Assembly (NCBI GenBank): GCA_043228905.1
Contig: JBHGNT010000005.1
Span: forward strand, 21,266,001-21,330,000
Reading direction: 5' to 3'
Length of the DNA: 64,000 nt
Source of the DNA: Azolla caroliniana
Lineage: Eukaryota; Plantae; Polypodiophyta
Shown here: one piece after another, positions 12,754-24,300 of the stretch
Position numbering within the stretch: the first letter of the stretch is position 1
Layout: every line of letters starts with the position of its first letter
Position numbers and translations under genes: made by a program
Notes under the pieces: generated by a model
What the model was told of the DNA's origin: nothing
Databases searched by the model: none
Seen by the model: only the letters and a program-made list of their open reading frames with translations

Positions 12754-13483
12754 TGTCATTATGTGAATCACACACTACGTGAAATATGTAAAATACTATA
12801 TCCAATTTAAAGTACGTATAATAAATAAAATAAAATATTAAAAAAGTATTTATTACGTGCATAGGTCAAGATTCAAACCCTATACCTCCACGTAGACAAA
12901 CCCCAACCTTACCATTGTACTAACTTATCCTTAGTGTTCCAAATATAGATTTAATACCTATAAGACCTTTATTTACGCCTACCTTTATTAAAAAGGTAAG
13001 TCATGCATTTTTAGAGTACGTGAATACTTTATTTATAAGAAAAATGTAAACCAATAAAATATTACTCATGCACATCTAGCGTGCATGAGCACTATATTTA
13101 GCAAATAAAAGCAAGGTTGAAAAAAAAGCATCACATGCACATTTAGTGTGCATGAACACTTTTAGGGAAAGCAGGAAGCCATGCTTAGCCTCTCCCATCC
13201 TTATATAAGGAGGAGAGAAATATGTATAAGGTTGTTGATTATTTCACAAGGGTTGATTAATATAATATATTCGTGGGATTCACGAATTTGCTAACTATTT
13301 TTCTCTCTTAATCTGAGTACTCACTAATACACTATACTCGTGGGATTCACGAGTTTTCATATCTTTCTTTCTTACAATATATTTCATATTCTTAATTGCC
13401 TTAGAATTTTCTTTTCTCCTAGTCTAAAACCTCAGTGGTTCCCACTCGACTCACGCAACGATCCGGAGCCGAAAGACACGACA
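12754..13483 (+). repeat. 5' LTR (about 730 bp)
   Basis: Matches 19107-19813; TG...CA termini. Confidence 0.95.
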
Positions 13484-13487
13484 CATT

Positions 13488-13505
13488 TGGTGAACCCGAC
13501 GTGAA
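13488..13505 (+). promoter_or_regulatory. Primer-binding site complementary to the 3' end of tRNA-Trp
   Basis: TGGTGAACCCGACGTGAA lies just after the LTR and is complementary to the plant tRNA-Trp 3' end (...TTCACGTCGGGTTCACCA, recalled from memory). Confidence 0.85.
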
Positions 13506-13521
13506 CACGGGTGGCAAGGAG

Positions 13522-15564
13522 ATGGAAAATCAACCGGAGGCTAACAACATGATGATGATTTTCAAGTGGATGCTTCAAGAACAACGTGCGATGTCGGAGA
13601 TAGCGGCGGCAATAGAGCGGCTCGTGCAATGGATCAGGCAATTCAATGGAAAGAACGTATCACGCTATCTTCGGGACTACAAGGCGGAAATGCTACGGTG
13701 CGGGATTTCAGAAGGACTACAAGTGACATCCTTCAATCGGGTGGCTACCGACAGGCTTCAAGCAAGTATCCACGGGCTATGACAACAAAATCCGACGTGG
13801 GAAGCGTTTGAAAAGGCGCTAAAGACCACGTTCGCTATTGAGGACTCCTCCAAGGCAACGCGGAGAGGATTCGCGGATTGGCTGGAAACACCAGACAAGG
13901 GGATGAAGGTCCTCGATGTATTTTCGGCATTCGAACGTTGGTTCGGGAGGTTGTCTGTGAGAGATCAAGCTATCCTCGCACCAGACAAAGTTATCATGTT
14001 CTTACGAGTCGTAGATGTCCGGGACCGGAAGGATCTTGGAGTGCTTCTAGAGGACACGACTACCGAGAGTGGCCTCACCGAAACATGGGAAAGCATGCAG
14101 GATATCGTCGCGCGATACACAAAGAGGGGGCAATGGCTTGCCAACGAAGAAAAGAGGGTTACAGAACCAATTCCGAAACCGAGATCCAGATCGGAAGACC
14201 ATCAACCGCGGGCTCGGGAAGCTACGACCGAGAAGGGAATCGAGGCAACTATGGTGGATCAGTTGCTGAAGGAGATGGAGAATCTAAAAATCGCGATGGT
14301 GAAGAAGTCAAATGACCGTCCCACAAGTTCCAAGTATATGGACCGTCGGTGCATATGGTGCGATAGCACCGAACATGATCGGAGGGATTGCGACGAGCAC
14401 AAGGAAGCGCTACAACGGGATCTTATCTACTACGAGGGAAATCGGATTCATTCGATGGACTCTTGGAAGCCGCTCTGACCGAACTTCCGAAAAGGCGGCA
14501 TGAAGAAGGTCCTAGAGGAGGAAGTAGCGGCGAAGAGCAATTACGCAACAACCGCGGGAATATGTGTCGGGGAGTCATCAGGAGTAAAGGTGTCTTTTTG
14601 GTCGGAAGTGCTAGAAAACACCAAGAAAACCGACTCCAACGAGATCCGAAGCACCGCGGAAGGCATCCGGGAAGCTACAGGATGGGAGTGTTGCGTCGAT
14701 AAGAATAGCGTATACGCCCTATGTCAATTACATGAGGTGTATGTGGACGAGAAGCGACAACGCACGGAGGATGTGGCCGGACCATCGAACACACCGGAGA
14801 GCTGGAACTCCGACGAAAGAGGGAAAGGAAAAACAATTCCAACATTCAAACTCGCTTCGGACATCGAGCAACGGACGGACATAAAGAAAGTGTTCAAGGA
14901 GAGAATCCTTGACAGTTGGGTAGATTTTTCGCTTCGGGAACTACTCGGAATAGCAAAAAAGGAGTTCCATGATCTTCTTGTGGATCTCATGAAAAGAAAA
15001 AGACAAACTGCAGAGGAAAATGCGCCGATGGTGAATGCAAATACCGTTCTGATGAACGACACCGAAGTCGAGGAAGAGATTCTGAATTCCCACTATACAA
15101 AGCCACACTGGGTGCATGCAACTACCGAGACTCCGATCTAAATCGGCAACATCAAAGAGCCCGTGCTAGCATTGATTGATCACGGATCGGAGATCAATTT
15201 GATGTCTAAGGAGTTCTACCAGAAGGGGAAGTGGCCTATTAACACCAATCATGGAAGGAAGATCCAGGCGGCCACTAAAGCAGCGGAAGATCTATTTGCG
15301 GCTTGTCCGGATGTGACGGTGAAGATCAGGGATGTCGAGATCGACCAAAATTTCTTCGTACAAGACGAGGTCTCACACTCCGTGATCCTCGGGCAACCCT
15401 TTATCACAGCTTCACGGATGGAGACGAAGGTGCTCAATAGCGGTGCGGCTTTTGCATGAATTCAGAGCCAAAACAGAGGGAAATCTGTCCAATTCCTAAA
15501 GGTGCCGACAAATCATGAAAGGAACAAGAGAGAGCTCTTGTCCCAAACAAGAATGGATTTTTAG
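13522..15564 (+). pseudogene. Gag-protease ORF of the Trp-primed gypsy (one frame, 4 premature stops)
   Basis: ORFs 13435, 13903, 14500 and 15163 share a frame and are separated by single TGA/TAA codons. Knuckle CIWCDSTEHDRRDC; PR ALIDHGSEINLM...VILGQPF. The frame ends ...RMDF-TAG at 15562-15564. Confidence 0.88.
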
Positions 15565-18500
15565 AGCAGACTGTTGCGGAGTGGGGAAGTGATAGTCCGA
15601 GAAGCCCTGATACCCCACACATGAAGAAAATTCTCGGAGCAAAACAAGTACGAATCAGTCCGGATGGGGCATCCACGTTCACGGCCGTAACCGGAGGAAT
15701 GAAGAAAGAATACCGAAAAGTGGAGGATAAATTACGGTTGGCATCAATAATAAAAGAAGTCGAAGAAATCGTGGGAATAGTCGAAGAAGTGTTCTATGGG
15801 AGCACGTTACAACGGCTTGAAGAGTTCGCGGAAGATACAAGCCAGGGAAACCGGGTAATTTTGGTGGAATCGGTCGAGATGTACGAGATCATTGCAAAAA
15901 TGGGGTCGGATGCGCTCCGCAAAGAAGAAGCAATGGTAAGTATGAAATACAAGACTCTGGAGAAGAAGGTGAACCCGGCCGCGGGACCACTACCCGCCAA
16001 TAGCGAGCAAAAGAGGAAAGAAGTCTCGAGAGATCCGACACTTCGGAAATCTGTGGATATCGGACATGTCTTCACGGATGAGACCCGGAAGAAACTTCGG
16101 ATCGGTGGAGGTGGTTTCCTCTTACAAAAAGAAGAAGAACGGTTTCGTGAGATGTTGGAGCAACATGGCAAAGCGTTTGCATTCACATCAAAGGAGATAG
16201 GATGCATTGATCCTAAGATAGTGGAGCCGATGGTGATCTTCACGATTGACCATGTGCCGTGGAACCTGAAGCCGATTCCGGTGCCATGGGCGCATATTCC
16301 GAAAGTCATCGACTTGCTCAAGGAGAAGGTGGCGATGGGGATTCTAGAGCCATCAAACGCTCCATACTCAAATCGATGGTTTACGGTTCCGAAGAAGAAT
16401 GGATCACTCCGATTTATCCAAGACTTGCAACCGGTGAACAAGGTCACGATCCGGAACTTGGGAGTTGGTCCGATAGTGGACGAATTTGCGGAAGCTTTTG
16501 TCGGACGTGCGATATACTCCATCGGAGACCTATACTCCGGGTATGACCAATTCCAACTAGCCGTGGAGAGCCGAGACATCACCACCATGCGGACACCGAT
16601 AGGGTTAGTCCGAACGTGCACACTACCACAAGGAGCGACAAACTTGGTTGCACATATGATGAACGCGATGAACAAGGTGCTTCGAGATTGCATCCCGGAG
16701 ATAACGATGCCATTCCTAGATGACATTCCGATGAAAGGATGCGCGGTAGAAGAAAAAGATGAAACTATGGATGATCGAGGTTGCCGAAAGTTCGTAGTCG
16801 ACCATATTCGTGATTGCAAGAAAGTGCTTCGAAAGTTAGAAGATGTGCACCTAACACTTTCCGGGGAGAAATTGGCATTCGGGCAAGAAGAGATATTGGT
16901 AGGCGGACATCTATGTGGGCCCTACGGCCGAAGACTGTCACCGACCAAGATCGATGTGATTCTCTCGGAGCATGTGCATTCTACCACATATGAATTTCGT
17001 ACTATGCACATATTGTGGACCCACTCTATCACTTGTTGTGGAAGGGTAAGAAGTTCGAATGGAAACAGGAGCATACCAAAGCCGTGAAGAAGCTCAAGAA
17101 ATCACTACGGAGGGCAAAAGCACTAAAGAAGCCGAACTATGACCGACCGATCATAGTAATGGTTGACACAAGTCCAACCGGAATCGGATGGGTCATCAAT
17201 CAAGCCGATCTGGATGGTTCGTGATATCCGATCCGATTCGGAGCAAAGGTTCTCAACGAAAGGCAACGCGGGTATGCACAAGTCAAAAGAGAATTATGGG
17301 GAGTCGTGTCGGCAATCAAATCGGATCGAGATTATTTGATCGGAGCCGAAGTAGTGATTGAAACGGATTGTCTTCCGATACTCGGGATGATGCGGTGTTG
17401 CACGATACCGGATGTGGCTATGCTAAGATGGATTGCATATGTTAAGTCACTTAACCCGGACGTACGACACATCTCTGGAAAAGACAACGCGGTAGTGGAT
17501 ATGCTATCAAGGGCTCGGTTCGGAGACGACATAGCCAAATCCGATAATGAAGAAGTTTCTGAAGACTACTTTGCTTCGGAGCACATATGTCGAGTAAACC
17601 TAATCCGAAAATTCCAAGAAGAAGAATACGAGGGAGAAAGCTTGACGATCGGGAAGATGCTACAAGAGATCGAGGTGTCAACGAACGATAAAGAAAAGAG
17701 AGCCGAGATCTGAAGTAAGAAGCGACAAGTTCGAAAGTTCTTCTTGAAAAATGGATTAATATGGAGGGAGCCGAAAAGACCGGATGGCATACCACTTCGG
17801 GTAGTTGGGACGAAAGAGCAACAAAACCGGATAATATCCGACTTTCATGAATCCGATTGGGTTGGACATCGAGGAACATGGGCAACTTTTGTGAAAATCA
17901 AACAAAAATATTGGTGGAAGAATATGTACAAAGATGTAGCGGAGTTCACGGGAAGCTGCGAGAAGTGTCAAGTCTACTCTGGGGTTTGACACTGAGATGA
18001 ATTACATCTGACATTTTCACCGACAATCAACTTCAAGTGGATGGTCGACATTGTAGCCATGCCAACCGGGATCGAGCAAAAGAAGTACTTGGTGTTAGCT
18101 CGGGAAGATCTCACAAACCAAGTAGAAGGTCGAGCACTACGAAGGAAAACGTGTTCTGGGTATGCCAATTTCTTTTGGAGGAGGTGTTTTGCAGGTACGG
18201 GTGCGTAGGACAAGTGATTGCGGATCGAGGAGAACTTGACTCTGACAAAGCTAGGGGATTCTTCGCCAAACATGGAGTTCGGTTAACACTGACAACGGCA
18301 TACAATCCGGAAGCCAACGGGAAGATCGAACGAGGACATAGTCAAATCGTCAAAGCACTTGCGAAGGCATGCGATGGAGGGGTGAAGGATTGGCTGCAAA
18401 TGCTTCTGTATGCACTATGGGCAGATCTGACGACACATAGCTCCGTAACCGGTTACATGCCGGCAGAACTCATGACCGGACAAGCATCGGTAATGCCAAC

Positions 18501-19050
18501 GGAAACCGCAATCGCGACATGGACAGTGCTACCGTGGAAGGAAGAGATGAGCCGGGAAGAACTACTAGCGGTCCGGATACGACAACTAGAGGGAAGACCG
18601 GAAGACATAGCAGAAGCAATACGCCGACAACAAGAAGCGTGATTCCGGAATAAAAGCCGGTTCGACACAAAGCACCGACTACGACCGCGGAAGATTGAAG
18701 AAGGAGATTGGGTGATTGTCTACGACAGTAGTTTGAATCATCAACATACAACGATGTGGAAGTTCGCGAAAAGGTGGTTCGGGCCATACGAGGTTCGTAA
18801 AGTTTTCGACAACGGAACTTACCGACTATGCGAGTTGGATGGAATGATGCTACAAGTGCCTATAGCCGGGAAACGGGTGAAGATTTTCAAGAAGCGGACT
18901 GATGAAGAACCCTATGTGATCCTAGACAAGACGGACAACGAGGAGCAATCGGACGAAGATTGCGGTGATGTGGAAAGCGAAGAAAGTAGATTTCAACTCA
19001 TAGTCGACTTAAGGGGAGAATCAGAGGAAGCTTCAGATGAAGGTGAATAG
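15555..19050 (+). pseudogene. RT-RNase H-integrase ORF of the Trp-primed gypsy, in the -1 frame relative to gag-PR
   Basis: RT RWFTVPKKNGSLRFIQDLQPVN, DLYSGYDQ, LPQGATN, FLDDIPMKG; RH VDTSPTGIG, ETDCLPI; INT GHRG..CEKCQ, ADRGE, YNPEANGKIERGH; GPY/F-type WFGPYEV. Confidence 0.9.
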
Positions 19051-19106
19051 CAAGCATCGGGGACTTCGGCACATACTGGAGGATGTGCGGGTTCGGAGGG
19101 GGCGAG

Positions 19107-19813
19107 TGTCGTAGTGTGAATCTACGTGAAATTTGTAAAATACTATATCCAATTTGAAGTACGTATAATAAATAAAATAAGATATTAAAAAAGTATTTAT
19201 TACGTGCATAGGGCAAGATTTAAACCTTGTACCTCCACATAGACAAACCCCAACCTTACCATTGTACTAACTTATCCTTAGTGTTCCAAATATAGATTTA
19301 ATACCTATAAGACCTTTATTTACGCCTACCTTTATTAAAAAGGTAAGTCATGCATTTTTAGAGTACGTGAATACTTTATTTATAAGAAAAATGTAAACCA
19401 ACCAATAAAATATTACTCATGCACATCTAGCGTGCATGTAGCAAGGTTGAAAAAAAAGCATCACATGCACATTTAGTGTGCATGAACACTTTTAGGGAAA
19501 GCAGGAAGCCATGCTTAGCCTCTCCCATCCTTATACAAGGAGGAGAGAAATATGTATAAGGTTGTTGATTATTTCACAAGGGTTGATTAATATAATATAT
19601 TCGTGGGATTCACGAATTTGTTAACTATTTTTCTCTCTTAATCTGAGTACTCACTAATACACTATACCCGTGGGATTCACAAGTTTTCATTTCTTTCTTT
19701 CTTACAATATATTTCATATTCTTAATTGCCTTAGAATTTTCTTTTCTCCTAGTCCAAAACCTTAGTGGTTCCCGCCCGACTCACACAACGATCCGGAGCC
19801 GAAAGGCACGACA
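19107..19813 (+). repeat. 3' LTR (about 707 bp)
   Basis: Matches 12754-13483 and is preceded by the PPT. Confidence 0.95.
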
Positions 19814-20229
19814 ACGGTGTGCAAAAGAAGAGTTGTTGATGGTGACTAGATAGACAGCAGCAGCAAAATCGAAAGAACCTCGAGCTCTGATACCAGATGT
19901 TGAAAACGTGGTCGTCTAATGGGGAACAAATCAGCACTCTTCTAGAAAGAAGATCATAAATAGATACAACCAAGATAGATTGATGGAAATAGCAACATCA
20001 ACAGAAAACAAGACGCAACCAAAACGCGCGAGAGAGAGAGAGAGAGACGTTAGGCATAGGATGAACTGTATTTTCTTCATCATCAAAACTAGGTTACAAA
20101 GTCAGTTTATATACTGACTAACTTTGGGCAACTACCCTTCTCACTAAACCTGGTTACATAAATAGCCTAAACTTGGTGTGTACAAAGGAAGACAATGTGA
20201 ATAAGTCCATTAGAGACCCGCATTCAACA
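19814..20229 (-). mobile_element. 5' LTR (19898-20229), tRNA-iMet PBS and leader of an LTR element; the leader probably continues at ~12146-12753, split by the gypsy insertion
   Basis: Minus-strand TGTTGAAT...TTCAACA is followed by TGGTATCAGAGC (19884-19895). The ACGG TSD joins 12753 to 19814. Confidence 0.8.
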
Positions 20230-21329
20230 CTTGTCCGCTCAATAGTTCACTAGTTAGGCCTCCCGACATCCACCGCTCCCTCCATCCAAGTCCTTTTTGG
20301 CAATCACCAATATCTATACCACTCTCGCGCGCAAGCCCGTTGCATTGTCACCTTCAACAATCTCACTTTCTCACACCACTTTTAAGTCATGTCCCACCAA
20401 CTCTTCCCCCTCACCTTAGATTGTGATTGGTTCCTCAAGCGTCCCGCTATAATTTATTTCACTACCCACCAAATTTTTGTCCCACGAGCTCCCTCGATCC
20501 CCCTCCTACACAATAGCCCTCTTGTCCCCCACCTCAGCCAAGTTCAGTTGGCCCTCAATCTGGCATTTGCTAGCTCGTTTTCCGTCACTAGCCCCGTCCA
20601 ACTATTATCTTATCAGGGCCGCCAGTTCCACGGGTATGTCCTCAACACCATTGTAGCTCAACTAGGTGTCCAACAAGTATTTACATCCCCATACCATCCT
20701 TAGACAAATGGCCTCAGCGAACACTTCAACAAGACCCTCAAGCAGGAGATTGCCGCACAAATCAGCCCTTTTCGAGCACTCTATGAGCACGACCCTCGCT
20801 TCCCACCAAGATCGTCCATTCCAAACCCGCCAACATGGATAGTGCCACTTGGGGGCTCTATCCCCAACAAATTCCCCCCCTCCTTCGACAAGCCAGCCCC
20901 CGAAACCTACAAGTCACACAGCAACGCCAGAAGCACTGAGGGATTCGAGTCGTCCACCGTAGTTCGTGCCATCATATCCACCACATACTTGCTCCGACGT
21001 GATTCCAACGGCCGATTCACCTCCTCCCACATTGCCCGCATCAAGCCCTATGCCATCCCAGGCCCATCTTCTGACCCTCGTCATTTCCCCATGTCGTAAC
21101 CCTCCTTGTTTCTCTCAGGGGGGAAATGTGGTGTGCATGTGTTCCTTTGTGCCACCCTTTTAGTACGCCCTTTTTAGCATGCATGTACCTAAGCCAACCC
21201 TGTTAGCACACCCTTTTTAGCACGCATGTAGCTAAGCCAACCCAAATTGGTACCTTTGTATCGACTATAAATTGAGCAAGAAGTAAGAAGTTAAGTAGGC
21301 TAGTTTTGATGTCTTATGTGCATTTCACA
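20230..21329 (+). mobile_element. 3' fragment of a Ty3/gypsy: integrase remnants, PPT and a short 3' LTR (~21127-21329)
   Basis: PVQLLSYQGRQF...FTSPYHP*TNGLSEHFNKTLKQ and ...HIARIKPY; a G-rich PPT is followed by TGTGGTG...TTCACA. Confidence 0.7.
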
Positions 21330-24300
21330 ATATATATATACGCAAAATAAATTTAAAATAGAATAAAAATAATAATATTAATAATATACATAAACAATAA
21401 GTAATTCAATAAATAAATATTATTATGATTACTATAATAATATTATTAATTAAATAAAGAAATGAACCAAAATTATAAATAAATAGATAATAGGTAAAAT
21501 AAATTAAATAATTAAACAAAACAAAATTGTAACCATAACAATAATGAAATTATAATAATAATAACAATAATAAAAGTAAAATAAAATAAGGAATTAAATT
21601 AATTAATTGATAAAATAAAATAACTATAATTATAATACCGAAAATACTTACCACTCTCGTTGACAAATACGTGTACACTCAACTTGGCATACATGAAAAA
21701 CACTCACATGGAGTTTATACAATTCCACAAAAAAGAAAGTTGTGTGGATGTCAAGATCCTTGAACACTAAAAATAGAAAACTCGAGTCAATCCATGCTCT
21801 CCGGTCCCCAATGGTCTTGCTCAAAATTCACACACAGACATAACTTCGCAACATTGCTTAACAACTAAAAACAACCTCAACCTTGTCTTCATGACACTAT
21901 CGAATGAATTGGAATACTACAATTATGATTGAACAATAAATCAATTAATTGCCAACTAGGAAATACATCACGATGGGCATGGTTTTTATACCTAAAATAG
22001 GTACATTTAGTCATTTTTGTCCTAATTGCAAGTGCAAACTCGTCCCATCTTCCCATTGTTCAAATACTTGGAAACATTAACCAATATGTTCCACAAAACC
22101 TTGAACCTATCTAATTTCTGTATATTGAAACCAAATAATTCAATCTATAGGATCACGCTATTCTTACCTCTCCATCATCCAAATGTTGCCCTAAGTTGTG
22201 GAACAAGGGATCATCTTCATGAAGATATTTAACCATAGTTTGAGATATCATATTAGAATTGTCTGAAGACATTGAGATTGTGTTGACACATATATGCACA
22301 ATCACGTCAACATACATGAAAACAAGTACACATACGTAATAATTCACACATGCAAACACACCACACTTGCAAACAACACAAGCTTATCCCGAGAAAAAAC
22401 CTCTTGAACCTATAGAACAAAAAACCTAGACTTGACATATCACCTACATAAATGAAAAAGGTAAATGTCGGCCTTCTAATTTTTTCCTATAAAAATTCAC
22501 ATGGGACCAATTTATCCCAAAACAACATATAAAATCACTTTGCTTGAAATTTCTCTTTCGAAAAACGTGTTAATCTGTCATTATTGCAATCGACGACCTC
22601 AAACATGTGTTTTGACATTATTCATTGGTTCTATATGTTAACTTGTTTAAAATATGTCCGTCCTTGACCTATTTGTGCGTTGAAAGGAAATTCTCTTACC
22701 AAACCAGCTAGATAGCATCTCTTGTTTTAACCATGTTCACTTAATAAATTATTAGTAGTTTTGAAGTCATGTCATTGATTACTTTCCCATGTAACCTTGT
22801 TTTGTCCATACATCAACATCAAATGGGATAGCATTACTTGCTACACATTAAGATATGAGGGAAAAGTTTTGATGTGACATTGCAACGCACCACATTTAGT
22901 CGAAGGGGAAGTGCATCGAACTTTACAACATGATAATACCTAATAATACATTGTCCTCTTGGGTTGGGTTGTAAGATATGGTTGTGGCATTTTATTTTCT
23001 AATTATGGAGTGGTTGGATCGCTTTACTTTAAGGGAGAATAGTCACTAATCTCTAGATAGATGAAACTCCAAATATAAATTTGTATCCAAGTCATCCATA
23101 CAACACACTAGGAGCATAATGTACCACCTATGGCCCGATCCACGAGGCCTCGACTTTCAAAATAAACCATAGTTTATGTAAAAGGTATACCCTCGTATAT
23201 CTTGAGTTATATCTTTTGATGAAGATTAACATATATGTATTGTCTACGATTTATACATGATTGCAAAGATCCTATAAGAAAGTTTGGTAATATAAATACT
23301 AAAGTTTTTTGATAGATCCTCCTTGAAATTAAATAATCCCAGTGAAATGTTTTATGAGAATCTTATACTGATCATGTCCTAAGGTTGAAATGTTCATAGA
23401 ACAATTGTATTAAATAGAGTGAATTACAATTGTTCTGACATACATTAATACAATATATCATTGGTTTCGATTCTAACATAACACTATTGCTCAAAGCCAA
23501 TCTATGGATTATGTAAATACCATCCGATATTGAGCTCAAACTAAAAGAGTAGATAGAAATGTGTGTGTGTATGTGTGTGTACATTTGTAAAAACATTGAT
23601 AAAATGTGACTCCTTTATTGAATCAACAAAAAATCGCCTTAGCATTCAAGTTCCTATTGTATTCACACTAATGCAATGCACAAATACTCACAATTCATTA
23701 TAACTATACTTAATCTGGCTACTAAGTTGAGCATGTCAATTCATCTTGTGATAAATTGCAATAGCAAAATGATTGTACTAGTTAAAGAATGTATAAGGTC
23801 TAGAGTTCATATTCATATAAACTCAACAAAGAAGCTTACATTGTACTACGTAAAAATTGATTTCAGTGAACATGTAAATAGTTTGTTAGCATAAAATATG
23901 ATCATATATATCATACCTAAGGTTTTAGGCACTGTCAACACATGTCTCACTAAGAAGATATCGTTTATTAAGGAATTTGGCCCTTTTAGAGTGGTTAGAT
24001 GTGAGATATTCTAGTAAAAAAAACTTTATATGTGATTGATTGAATCAATATGAAATGTTTAAATCCATTGTATTCTCTTGGATGAACTTCCTTTTCCAAA
24101 AACCAAGGACAATCATAATAGTTATAAACTTTCTCTTAGTCAAGTAAAAGGCTACAGTACATATATGCTCTCTTTATCTACTTGATAAACCACATCCTCG
24201 AGAAAGCATTCTAAATATGATCTTGTAGGTTAGTGCACAATAAGAGAATGCTTTCTTTCTAAGGACATGATTATGTATCATTGATAATGGATGCCAATTC

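Larger units (their letters stand above)
12754..19813 (+). mobile_element. Full-length Ty3/gypsy LTR retrotransposon with a tRNA-Trp PBS and 4-bp TSD (ACGG); coding region interrupted by stops and small indels
   Basis: Highly similar LTRs at 12754-13483 and 19107-19813 (TGTC...GACA). ACGG flanks both sides (12750-12753, 19814-19817). PBS at 13488; PPT GGAGGGGGCGAG before 19107. Domain order gag-PR-RT-RH-INT, no chromodomain. Confidence 0.95.

Noticed and set aside
15794-16819. 341-aa minus-strand ORF (and similar ORFs at 14724-15062, 54363-54962, 59421-60083, 61710-62225)
   Set aside because: These are antisense shadows of gag/pol frames: Ser/Phe-rich, with no recognisable motifs.
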